Below, in pieces: positions 49,140 through 61,766 of a stretch of DNA of 64,000 nt. The notes under the pieces were generated by a model. That model saw only the letters and a program-made list of their open reading frames with translations. It was not told where the DNA came from and did not search any database. Within the stretch, counting starts at the first letter, position 1, and each line of letters opens with the position of its first letter. Both the position numbers and the translations under genes were made by a program. The stretch comes from Azolla caroliniana (Eukaryota; Plantae; Polypodiophyta), in NCBI GenBank assembly GCA_043228905.1, contig JBHGNT010000017.1, positions 11,222,001 through 11,286,000 of the forward strand, written 5' to 3'.

Positions 49140-52100
49140 TGTTGAGAGACAAGCTCAACATCGGCCGGATCGGCTGAAGAAGCCGAGGAGCGGATCGGTT
49201 GGGACCGATCGGTTAGGCCGAGTACATAAACCGGGAGATCGTTAGGAAAGATATTCCGTGAGGAATATATTTGGGAGTTAGTGTAGGGGCTCTTGATGAG
49301 CATTGAAGTATTGTCAATACTTCGGTCAGTCCTTTTAGGACTTGTATAAAAGTGCTCACTGAGCATGTCTTATGTACACACACAGACTGAGTATTATTAT
49401 TGAATATAGTGTTTTCTGCTTTCTCTCTCTGTCTCTCCCGCGTATACCGTGTAAGCCTAAGCTCTCCATTGAACCTGAGTTTCCTTCCCTTGTTCAGTCT
49501 TCATACTTGCTTCCACACGCTACTTTCTACATGGTATCAGAGCGCGAGGGTTGAGAACCTCTCTGCAGCCAACACAGCCTGACGAAGAAGAACGAGAAGA
49601 ACGATGGATAGAGGCATGGCGAGCTCGCTTCCAACAGAGAAGCTCGACAGAACCAACTACGCGTCTTGGTCCTACAAGATGCACTAGTACCTGCTCGGGC
49701 ACGGCTACTAGAGTTATGTTGAAGGAGCTAATGACGCGGCACCCGAATCGACACACAGAGACTTCCCGTCGTGGGAGCAATCAGCGAGCAGAGTACTATA
49801 CTGCTTCGCGTCGTGTGTGGGCGAACAGCTATTGAGCTATGTTTGGGATGCAAAGACGCCGAAGAGTGCGTGGGAAAATCTGAAGAAGATTTTCGCCGCA
49901 AGCACCACAACCAGGAAGCTTCAGCTCCGACAGGAGTTGAGCAACCTACGACAATGCGACTTGTTGATGGCGGACTATACCTCGAAGATCAAGGATATCT
50001 GCGACTCCCTCACCTCCATAGACGTGAACATCGAGGAGAGCGAGACGGTCCAGATCTGTCTCGGAGGTTTGGCGTCGAAGTTCGGAGCGTTCCGAACAGC
50101 TGTGTGTACCCGGGAGAATACGTCGTCCTTTTTCGACGTACAGTCGATGCTCCTGGTAGAGGAGAACCACGCGGGTGCGTCGACAAGCACACACACCGAC
50201 AGCAAGATGTTGTACACGGAGGGAGAAAGGCCACGTGGTCGTGGCGAACGAGGCGAGTCGGTACGCAATGGAAGCGGCCGACGAGATCAAGGAAGAAGGC
50301 ACCGATGTGATGCCGATAGCAACTCCGGACCCTCCGGAAACAGGGGGAGTCGAAACGATGAGAACCGGCAAGGGAAGGCCATCGCGGAGTGCTGGTACTG
50401 TGGCAAGAAAGGCCACAGGGAAAGCGAGATCGGATGAGGTGTGGTACGTAGACTTCGGCGCGTCAAACCACATGACGAGCCATAAGGAGTGGTTCTCGTA
50501 CCTTGAAAAACCGATACAACCGGGAGTAGTCGCAACAGGAGACGACACTCCCCATCCGATCGCGAATGTCGAAGAAGTTCCCCTTAGCCATGTCGGGCAG
50601 AAAGGGAAACTCATGAACGTGTTGCACGTCCCGACAATCACGAAAAACTTGGTCTCGGTCCGACAGATCGTCAACCAAGGGATGGAGGTTCGGTTTACAC
50701 ACCTCGGGTGCTTCATTGAGGAAGAAGGCCGTGTGGTTGCGCAAGGGCGCAGAGACGGGAGGATGTTCATCCTTCACTCCACTGACGGCGGCACCGCAAT
50801 GTTCGCGAAGGGACAAAAGACCGAGTCGGACATCGACTTGTGGCACAAGCGGATAGGCCACGTCAACCACCAGCGGCTTCAAGATCTGCAATCGAAACAG
50901 GTAGTGTTCGGATTGCCCAAGTTTAGTGGCCGAAAGGCACAAATTTGTGAAGCCTGCCAGCTCGGGAAGCAACACCGACTTCCTTTCCCTAACGAGTGAA
51001 ACCGGAGCCGGAACAAGCTCGACCTTATACATTCCGATGTGTGGGGACCGGCACAAAACGTTAGCCTTGGCGGGAGCCGATATTTCATCTCCTTCATCGA
51101 CGACCACACGCGGCACACGTGGATCTACCTCATTGAGAGGAAGAGCAAAGTCTTCGACTGTTTTTGGGACCTCAAAGGGTTTGTGGAAACGGAAACGGGA
51201 CGAAAGATCAAGTGCTTGCGGTCGGATGGCGGGAAAGAGTACTTTTCCAGTCAATTCAACGGTTACCTACAACAAATGGGAATTCGCCGCAAATTCAGTT
51301 GTAGATACACGCCAGAGCAGAACGGCGTGGCCGAGAGAAAGAATCGGTCGGTTGTGGAAGCGGCACGGGCAATGCTGGAGGAGAAGAGCTTGCCCAAGTT
51401 CTACTGGGCCGAGGCGGTAAGGACCGCGGTATACATCCAAAACCGGATCGGAGACAAAGTGTCGGCGCACGAGCTATATTTCAGAACGAAGCCGAACTTG
51501 CGACACTTGAGGGTGTTCGGTAGCATTGTGTATGTGCATGTACCGAAGGAGAAAAGGAGGAAATTGGACGCAAAGGCCGAGAAATGCATCTTGGTCGGTT
51601 ACTCGGATGAGCAGAAGGGTTATAAGTGTTATAACCCTCGCACCAAACAAGCGTGTGTCAGCCGTGACATTGTGTTTGACGAGTCCGCATCCTGGTACCT
51701 GCCCCCGACTACGAACCTCAACTCCAATCCGAGCTCTGATGATGCGGTCAGCGAGGCCGAGATGCCTCCGGATGAGCCCGAAATCGAGACCCGCAAAGAG
51801 AGTCTGATTTCACTCCGGTTAAGTAGACCGATTGGACGACTGAGTCGGTACGACCAGTTCGATGAAGAGCCGGCGAGTACTGGAGACTCGGCCGTGCATT
51901 CCCCGCGCAGGAAGCCGAGGAGACGGCTTATGCGCAAAGAGAAAGGGAAGAAGAATGTGCCGGATTCCGGCACAGAAGGAACGAGTCAGACCGACGCGAG
52001 TCCGACGAACCGGTGACGGGTCTTTAAAGGTGAGGACCGCGTCGACCGAGAAGGCCTCGACATCGGCTAATGTGAGATTACGCCGATCTACCCGCCAGAA

Positions 52101-54629
52101 GAACCCAGTTGTGCGGTTCGGATACAACGAGTACATGGCGCATCATTATGCGTACATGACTCGTGTAGCGGAAGTGCGTGCGCCGGAGAGCTACGCAGAA
52201 GCGGCTAAAGACGCGAATTGGCGCGCCGCGATGGAGGAAGAGATGCACGCATTGGCGGAGAACGAAACTTGGGACCTGGTTGACGCACCGAAGGGTGTGA
52301 AGCCGATCGGGTGTAGGTGGGTGTACAAGGTTTGGTACAACACCGATGGCTCGGTCAACCGGTACAAGGCTCGGCTACTGGCAAAGGGCTACGCGCAGAA
52401 ACACGGCATCAACTATGATGAGACGTTTGCGCCGGTCGCGAAAATGACGACGGTCCGTGTTTTGCTCGCAGTAGCCGCGGCCAAGGGGTGGCACTTACAT
52501 CAAATGGATGTAAAGAATGCGTTCCGGCAAGGTGACCTTGAGGAACAAGTGTACATGGTACAGCCCCCCAGATTTCACTCCGGAACGAACTCCTCGGCAA
52601 TATGCCGACTGAAGAAGTCCCTTTACGAACTGAAGCAAGCCCCGCGTGCCTGGAATGCGAAGATCACGCAACAACTGCGTCGGTTGGGCTTCGTCACGTC
52701 AAAATCAGACTCTTCCCTGTTCATTCGGAAAAGTCGACTCGGACCGGTTAGTATTTTACTGTATGTTGATGACTTGGTCATCACCGGCGCCGACCTCGGT
52801 GAAATCGACCGCGTGAAGCTCCAGCTTGCGGCATCGTTCGACATGAAGGATCTGGGGGACCTTCATTACTTCCTCGAGATCGAAGTGATTCGTACCCCCG
52901 AAGGCATATTGATCAGCCAACGTCATTACGTGCTGAGTATGATCTTCAAATTCAGGATGGCCGACTGTAAGTCCATCTCAACTCCTCTGGACAGAACCGT
53001 CAAGCTTCGTCCCGATACGGGAAAGGTATGCGACCCGACGAGGTTCCGACAAATTGTCGGTAGCCTCATATACTTGACCATCACCCGACCCGACCTCAGT
53101 TATCCGGTCGGAGTGATTAGTCAGTTCATGGTGCGACCTACCGAGGAGCACCTTCAGTGTGCGCAACGCATACTTCGGTATGTCAACGGCACTAGGGATC
53201 GGGGACTGCTATATCGGACCGGTGCAGCCGCGCAGTTAGTCGGCTACACTGATGTTGATTGGGCTGGCAATGCAGCCGATCACCGATCCACGTCTAGATA
53301 CGCGTTCTCCCTCGGGAGTGCCGCGATCGCGTGGAGCAGTAAGAAGCAGCCGACAGTTGCTCTGTCGAGCACCGAAGCTGAGTACCGAGGAGCGGCTGTC
53401 GCGACATGCGAAGCCATATGGTTGAAGCGGCTACTTAAGGATCTGCAAGTGGAGGTGTCAGATCCGACGACGATCTACTGCGACAACCTCAGCAGCATCC
53501 AGCTCGCGAAGAACCCCGTTTTCCACGCACGGACCAAGCACATTGAGGTGCACTACCATTTCGTCCGTGAGCGTGTCCTTTCCAGTGAAGTCGAACTCCA
53601 GTATGTTCCGACGGATTGGCCGGCTGCTGACATCTTCACAAAGCCTCTTGGTCAGTACAAGTTGCGGCAATTCTCAGGTGTGCTCGGGTTGCGTCACCTT
53701 GACGTGCCGAACTTGAGGGGGAGAACAGTCCCGAACGACCAAGCAAAGCAGCAGGAAAGGAGCAGAGACCGCGACACTGAGTCAGTTGACAAGTTCGACT
53801 TCGGATCGGCTGAAGAAGCACAGGGCGGACCCGCGGAAAAGTTCGGAAGCAGACAGAAGGGGAGCAGCCGAAGGAGGGAGCCAAAGCCAACCACGGATGG
53901 GGAAGATGACGCCATCGAGGGCGAGAAGACCAAAGACGAGTTGGAGACAGCCAACTCGGACGAGAGCGAAGACCGATCGGAGGTAGCCGAGTCGGTTCGG
54001 ATGTTTGATTCAGACACGCTGAATCAACTGAGGCCCAAGCGGAAGAAAAGGCAGCAGGAGAAGCGTCAACACCGCAACAGCAGAAGAGCTGTTAAGGGCC
54101 GCATGAGCAGACAAGTCGACCGAAAGGGTCGAAGCGCGCGGAGTCGAACTGGTCGAGGAGCGCGAGCGAGGCGAGAAGCCAGGAGGAACCGGTGCTGTGA
54201 AGATCCCGAAGAGCCTCAAGTTGAGCTTGAGGGGGACTGTTGAGAGACAAGCTCAACATCGGCCAGATCGGCTGAAGAAGCCGAGGAGCGGATTGGTTGG
54301 GACCGATTGGTTAGGCCGAGTACATAAACCGGGAGATCGTTAGGAAAGATATTCCGTGAGGAATATATTTGGGAGTTAGTGTAGGGGCTCTTGATGAGCA
54401 TTGAAGTACTGTCAGTACTTCGGTCAGTCCTTTTAGGACTTGTATAAAAGTGCTCACTGAGCACGTCTTATGTACACACACAGACTGAGTATTATTATTG
54501 AATATAGTGTTTTCTGCTTTCTCTCTCTGTCTCTCCCGCGTATACCATGTAAGCCTAAGCTCTCCATTAAACGTGAGTTTCCTTCCCTTGTTCAGTCTTC
54601 ATACTTGCTTCCGCACGCTACTTTCTACA
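49140..54629 (+). mobile_element. Ty1/copia element A
   Basis: 392-bp LTRs at 49140-49531 and 54238-54629; TSD TATGT; PBS TGGTATCAGAGC at 49532-49543; PPT at 54229-54237; gag-PR-INT-RT(YVDD)-RH. Confidence 0.97.
49606..54243 (+). pseudogene. Copia A gag-pol with frameshifts and stops
   Basis: CWYCGKKGH, WYVDFGASNHM, LWHKRIGH, HSDVWGP, YTPEQNG, DVKNAF, YVDDL, SSTEAEY, ADIFTKPL. Confidence 0.92.
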
Positions 54630-54634
54630 TATGT

Positions 54635-56146
54635 GCAGTAGAGCATAAAGATCATCGGAATGTTGGTTTAATTAGTTATTCTAAGGGTTATACATTATGT
54701 TATGCTGGCAAGGTTCATGGGGATTATTCTGGGATTGTCATGTTTATAAGAGATAAATTTCACCCAAAAGTAATTGTTTCAGATGAATTTGGAAGATTTA
54801 TTGTGGTAGAGATATGTTATGAAGGGCAAGCTATTTGGTTAGTTGGTGTGTATGCATCAAATGTTTCACAAGAACGAAAGTTGTTATGGAGATCTCTAAA
54901 CTCAGTGCTTCATAATGGTAGACCGGGTTTTGTTGATGGGAGATTTTAATGTTTGTTGTGAGACAGATCAATCAACATCTATCCACTCTATTATGGATGG
55001 ACCAGAGGCTCAAGAATGGGGAGATTTTGAGACTAAAGTCATGTTAAGGGATGTATGGAAATGGATCAAGGGAGATGAACCTGGTTATACCTTTCAATCG
55101 GCTCAATATAAGCATACTTGGAGTAGGTTGGATCGAATGTATGTAATGCATACCGAAGGTTTTTTACCAGAGATTTTGGATATTTTAGTGTCTTATGGGT
55201 CAATTATATCAGATCATTTCCCATTAATTTTTGAGTTCAATCACCACTCAATTAGAGGTTTTCATGAGTTTTTAAGAAAACCACCGTTGATTTTTAATTC
55301 ATCATTTTTGGATCATGAGGTCTTCCATGCCTATATGTGTCAATTGATTGATGCATTTGCCTATCGCGTTCAATTTGATGGGTATGAAGCGTGGGAAGTA
55401 TTTGTTGCAAATGTTCAGAGGTTAACTAGATATTATGGAATTCACCATGCTTTTAAAAGGAGAAAGAAATTAAGTCTCCTAGTTAATTTGCTTGATAAAT
55501 GCAACTCATTGTTAACTTATTGGCCAACGGATGTAGAGTTGATGGGATATCAAGAGGTATTAATTTCTGCGATGCATGACCTAACGGCAAAAAATTATCA
55601 ACATGCTAGACTACATCGTCTAAGACAAGAAGTGGATGATGCTAATTGTCAATCACATAAGTTTTTCCATGACATTCATGAATCACAAGCACGTATCATG
55701 TGTTCCGATCCTCAAGAAATTGTGAAGAAATGCATAGAATATTATACACAATTGTTGGATGTACAAGTGTGTATCGATGATAATGTTCAAAAGGATAGAG
55801 ATGTATTTTTTAATGGAGTGAAAAATCATGTATCGCATGATGTGGCACAATCATTAGATGCTAATATTTCAGATGATGAGGTGGAACATGTCATGTCACA
55901 TCTTGCTAATGATAAGAGTCTTGGGTGGGATGGATTAACACATGAACTCTTTAAGAAATATGTGATTAAGTTAAAGGGGCCTTTTACGATTTTATTTCAG
56001 AAGGTGTGGACATCAGGGGAAATGCCTCATTCTTGGAAGATTGGTTTGATCAAGCTTTTGCCGAAGGTGCCTTCTCCATCTTCCTTTGCTCAATGGAGGC
56101 CTATTTCATTGATGGGGGGGGGGGATGTACAAGATTTTTGCAAAAG
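54635..56146 (+). pseudogene. LINE C ORF2 middle part (endonuclease C-terminus to RT N-terminus)
   Basis: GVYAS, GDFN, SRLDRMY, SDHFP, KSLGWDG, WRPISL. Confidence 0.9.
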
Positions 56147-59100
56147 TGTAGAAAGTAGCGTGCGGAAGCAAGTATGAAGACCGAACAGAAGACAGAAAAC
56201 TCAGGTTTAATGGAGAGCTTGAGCTTACACAGTATACTCGGTAGAGACAGAGAGAGAAAGAAGAACTATATTCAACACTCTATACATATGTGTGTTCCAT
56301 GAACACTTTTATACAAGCCCTCGAAGGACTGACCAAAGTACTGACTGTACTTCAATGCTCATTAAGAGCTCCTACACTAACTCCCAAATATATTCCTCAC
56401 GGAATATCTTTCCTAACGGCCTCCCGGTTTACGCACTCGGCCTAACCGATCGGTCCCAACCGATCCGGTCCTCGGCTTCTTCAGCCGATCCGGCCGATGT
56501 TGAGCTTGTCTCTCAACACTCCCCCTCAAGCTCAACTCGAGGCTCTTCGGGATCCTCGGGCTCACAGCTCCGGTTCCTCCTGGCTTCACGCCTCGCTCGC
56601 GCTCCTCGACCTGTTCGACTTTGCGCGCTTCGACCCTTCCGGTCGGCTTGTCTGCTCATGCGGCCCTTATCAGCTCTTCTGCTGTTGCGGTGTTGACGCT
56701 TCTCCTGCTGCCTTTTTTTTCGCTTGGGCCTCGGTTGATTCAGCATATCTGAATCAAACATCCAAACCGACTTGGCTACCTCCGATCGGTTTTCGCTCCC
56801 GTCCGAGTTGGTTGTCTCCAACTCGTCTTCGGTCTTCTCGCCCTTGGTGGCGTCATCTTCCCCATGCGTGGTTGGCTTCGGCTCTCTCTCTCGGCTACTC
56901 CCCTTCTATCCACTTTCGGACTTTTCCGCGGGTCCGCCCTGGGCTTCTTCAGCCGATCCCGAGTCAACAACCGAGTCAACCGACTCGGTGTCGCGGCCTC
57001 CGCTCCTTTCCTGCTGCTTTGCTTGGTCGTTCGGGACTGTTCTCCCCCTCAAGTTTGGCACGTCGAGGTGACGCAATCAGAGCACACCGGAGAATTGCCG
57101 GAACTTGTCCAGACCAAGGGGCTTAGTGAAGATGTCGGCAGTCTGCCGATCCGTCGAAACGTACTGAAGTTCGACTTCACCGGAAAGGACACGCTCACAG
57201 ACGAAATGGTAGTGCACCTCAATGTGCTTGGTCCGTGCGTGGAAAACGGGGTTTTTCGCGAGCTGGATGCTGCTGAGGTTGTCGCAATAGATCATCCTCG
57301 AATCTGACACCTCCTCTTGCAGGTCCTTAAGTAGCCGCTTCAACCATATGGCTTCGCATGTCGCGACAGCTGCTCCTCGGTACTCAGCTTCGGTGCTCGA
57401 CAGTGCAACTGTCGGCTGCTTCTTACTGCTCCACGCGATCGCGGCACTCCCGAGGGAGAACGCGTATCCGAACGTGGATCGGCGATCGGCGGCGTTGCCA
57501 GCCCAATCAGCATCGGTGTAGACGACTAACTGCACGGCTGCACCGGTCCGATATAGCAGTCCCCGGTCCTTAGTGTCACTGACATACCGAAGTATGCGTT
57601 GCGCACATTGAAGATGCTCCTCGGTAGGTCGTGCCATGAACTGACTGATCACTCCGACCGGATAACTGAGGTCGGGTCAGGTGATGGTCAAGTATATGAG
57701 GCTTCCGACAATTTGTCGGAACCTCGTCGGGTCGCATACCTTTCCCGTATCGGGACGAAGCTTGACGGTTCTGTCCAGAGGAGTCGAGATGGACTTACAA
57801 TCGGCCATCCCGAATTTGAAGAGCATACTCAGCACGTAATGACGTTGGTTGATCAATATGCCTTCGGGGGTACGGATCACTTCGATTCTAAGGAAGTAAT
57901 GAAGGTCCCCCAGATCCTTCATGTCGAACGATGCCGCAAGCTGGAGCTTCACGCGGTCGATTTCACGTAGGTCGGCGCCGGTGATGACCAAGTCATCAAC
58001 ATATAGTAGAATACTAACCGGTCCGAGTCGACCTTTCCGGATGAACAGGGAAGAGTCCGATTTTGACGTGACGAAGCCCATCCGACGCAGTTGTTGCGTG
58101 ATCTTCGCGTTTCAGGCACGCGGGGCTTGCTTCAGTCCGTAACGGGACTTCTTCAGTCAGTATACTGCCGAGGAGTTCGTTCCAGAGTGAAATCCGGGGG
58201 GCTGTACCATGTACACCTATTCCTCAAGATCACCTTGCAGGAACGCATTCTTTACATCCATCTGATGTAGGTGCCACCCCTTGGCTGCGGCTACTGCGAG
58301 CAAAACACAGACGGTCGTCATTTTCGCGACCGGCGCAAACGTTTCATCGTAGTCGATGTCGTGTGTCTGTGCGTAGCCCTTTGCCACTAGTCAAGCTTTG
58401 TACCGGTTGACCGAGCCATCGGTGTTGTACTTGACCTTGTACCCCCACCAACACCCAATTGGTTTTACCCCCCTTGGTGCGTCAACCAGGTCCCAGGTCT
58501 CGTTCTTCGCCAAGGCGTGAATCTCTTCCTCCATCGCGGCACGCCAATTCGCATCTTTAGCCGCTTCTGCGTAGCTCTCCGGCTCACGCACTTCCGCTAC
58601 ACGGGTCATGTACGCATAATGATGCGCCATGTACTCGTTGTATCCGAACCGCAAAACAAGATTCTTCTAGCGGGTAGACCGGCGTAATCTCACATTAGCC
58701 GATGTCGAGGCCTTCTCGGTCGACGCGGTCTTCACCTTTAAAGACCCGTCACCGGTTCCCTCGGAGTCGGACTCGCGTTGGTCTGACTCGTTCCTATCCG
58801 TGCCGGAATCCGACATCTTCTTCTTCCCTTTTTCTTTGCACGTAAGCCGTCTCCTCGGCTTCCTGCACGGCCGAGTCTCCACTACTCACCAGCTCTTCAT
58901 CGGACTGGTCGTACCGACTCAGTCGTCCAATCGGTCCACTTAAACGGAGTGAAATCGGACTCTCTTTGCGGGTCTCGATTTCGGGCTCACCCGGAGGCAT
59001 CTCAGCCTCGCTGACCTCATCGTTAGAACTCGGATTGGAGTCGAGGTTCGGAGTTGGGAACTGGTACCAGGACGTGGACTCGTCAACCACAACGTCGTGG

Positions 59101-61761
59101 CTAATACGCGCTTGTTTGGTGTGAGGGTTATAGCACTTATAACCCTTCAGCTCGTCCGAGTAACCGACCAAGATGCATTTCTCGGCCTTTGCGTCCAGCT
59201 TCCTCCTTTTCTCCTTCGGTACATGCACATACGCAATGCTACCGAACACCCTCAAGTGTCGCATGTTCGGCTTCGTTCCGAAATATAGCTCGTGCGCCGA
59301 CACTTTGTCTCCGATCCGGTTCTGGATATATACCGCAGTTCTTACCGCCTCGGCCCAGTAGAACTTGGGCAAGCTCTTCTCCTCCAGCATTGCCCGTGCC
59401 GCTTCCACAACTGACCGATTCTTCCTCGCGGCCACGCCGTTCTGCTCCGACGTGTATCTACAACTGAATTCACGCCGAATTCCCATTTGTTGTAGATAAC
59501 CGTTGAATTGACCGGAAAAGTACTCTTTTCCGCCATCCAACCGCAGGCACTTGATCTTTCGTCCCGTTTTCGTTTCCACGAACCCTTTGAGGTCACAGAA
59601 ACAGTCGAAGACTTCGCTCTTCCTCTCAATGAGGTAGATCCACGTGTGCCGCGTGTGGTCGTCGATGAAGGAGACGAAATATCGGCTCCCGCCAAGACTA
59701 ACGTTTTGTGCCGGCCCCCATACATCGGAGTGTATAAGGTCGAGCTTGTTCCAGCTCCGGTTTCGCTCGTTTGGGAAAGGAAGTCGGTGTTGCTTCCCGA
59801 GCTGGCAGGCTTCACAAATTTGTGCCTTTCGGCCACTAAATTTGGGCAATCCGAACACTACCTATTTCGATTGCAGATCTTGAAGCCGCTGGTAGTTGAC
59901 GTGGCCTATCCGCTTATGCCACAAGTCGATGTCCGACTCGATTTTTCTTCCCTTCGCGAAAATTGCGGTGCCGCCGTCAGTGGAGTCGAGGATGAACATC
60001 CTCCCGTCTCTGCGCCCTTGCGCAATCACACGGCCTTCTTCCTCGATGAAGCACCCGAGGTGTGTAAACCGAACCTCCATCCCTTGGTCGACGATCTGTC
60101 CGACCGAGACCAAGTTCTTTGTGATTGTCGGGACGTGCAGCACGTTCATGAGTTTCCCTTTCTGCCCGACATGGCTAAGGGGAACTTCTCCGACATTCGC
60201 GATCGGATGCGGAGTGTCGTCTCCAGTTGCGACTACTCCAGGTTGTATCGGTTTTTCAAGGTACGAGAACCACTCCTTATGGCTCGTCATGTGGTTTGAC
60301 GCGTCGGAGTCTATGTACCACACCTCGTCCGATCTCGGGGTGGTCTGCTTCATTGAGTTTACTTCGTGTCTCGTCACGAAGGTAGACCCTTCTCCGGCTC
60401 TCTCAGAGTCTTCGGCGTAGTGCGATCGCTGCTAATTCCCCTTGTTGGTATGTCCGGAGCCATTTCCGGAACCAGTTCTCTCCAAATTGGCGCGCTTTTT
60501 CCAGCACTCACTTTCCCTGTGGCCTTTCTTGCCACAGTACCAGCACTCCGCGATGGCCTTCCCTTGCCGGTTCTCATCGCTTCGATTCCCCTTGTTTCCG
60601 GAGGGTCCGGAGTTGCTGTCAGCATCACTTCGGAGCCTTCTTCCTTGATCTCGTCGGCCGCTTCCATTGCGTACCGACTCGCCTCGTCCGCCACAACCAC
60701 AGGGCCTTTCTCCCTCCGTGTACAACATCTTGTTGTCGGTGTGCGTGCTCGTCGACGCACCCACTTGGTTCTCCTCTTCCAGGAGCATCGACTGTAAGTC
60801 GAAAAAGGACGGCGTATTCTCCCGGGTACACACAGCCGTTCGGAACGCTCCGAACTTCGACGCCAAACCTCCGAGACAGATCTGGACCATCTCGCTCTCC
60901 TCGATGTTCACCTCTATGGAGGCGAGGGAGTCGCAGATATCCTTGATCTTTGAGGTATAGTCCGCCACCGACAAGTCGCGTTGTCGTAGGTTACTCAGCT
61001 CCTATCGAAGTTGAAGCTTCCTGGCTGTGGTGCTCGCGGCGAAAATCTTCTTCAGATTTTCCCACGCACCCTTCGACGTCTTTGCATCCCGGACATAGCT
61101 CAATAGCTGCTCGCCCACACACGACGCGAAGCAGTATAATACCCTGCTCGCCGATTGCTCCCACGACGGGAAGTCTCTGTGTGTCGATTCGGGTGCCGCG
61201 CCATTAGCTCCTTCGACATAACTCCAGTAGCCGTGCCCGAGCAGGTACTGGTGCATCTTGTAGGACCAAGACGCGTAGTTCGTTCTGTCGAGCTTCTCTG
61301 TTGGAAGCGAGCTCGCCATGCCTCTATCCATCGTTCTTCTTGTTCTTCTTCGTCACTGTGTCGGTTGCAGAGAGGTTCTCAACCCTCGCGCTCTGATACC
61401 ATATAGAAAGTAGCGTGCAGAAGCAAGTATGAAGACCGAATAGAAGACTGAAAACTCAGGTTTAATGGAGAGGTTGAGCTTACACAGTATACTCGGGAGA
61501 GACAGAGAGAGAAAGAAGAACTATATTCAACACTCTATACATATGTGTGTTCCATGAACACTTTTATACAAGTCCTCGAAGGACTGACCGTACTTCAATG
61601 CTCATTAAGAGCTCCTACACTAACTCCCAAATATATTCCTCACGGAATATCTTTCCTAACAGCCTCCCGGTTTACGCACTCGGCCTAACCGATCAGTCCC
61701 AACCGATCCGGTCCTCGGCTTCTTCAGCCGATCCGGCCGATGTTGAGCTTGTCTCTCAACA
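56147..61761 (-). mobile_element. Ty1/copia element B (same family as A, opposite orientation)
   Basis: LTRs 56147-56518 and 61402-61761; TSD AAAAG at 56142-56146 and 61762-61766; Met PBS at 61390-61401; PPT from 56519. Confidence 0.97.
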
Positions 61762-61766
61762 AAAAG

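Noticed and set aside
49946-60797. Long antisense ORFs over copia A and B
   Set aside because: Expected shadows of GC-rich gag-pol; no independent motifs.
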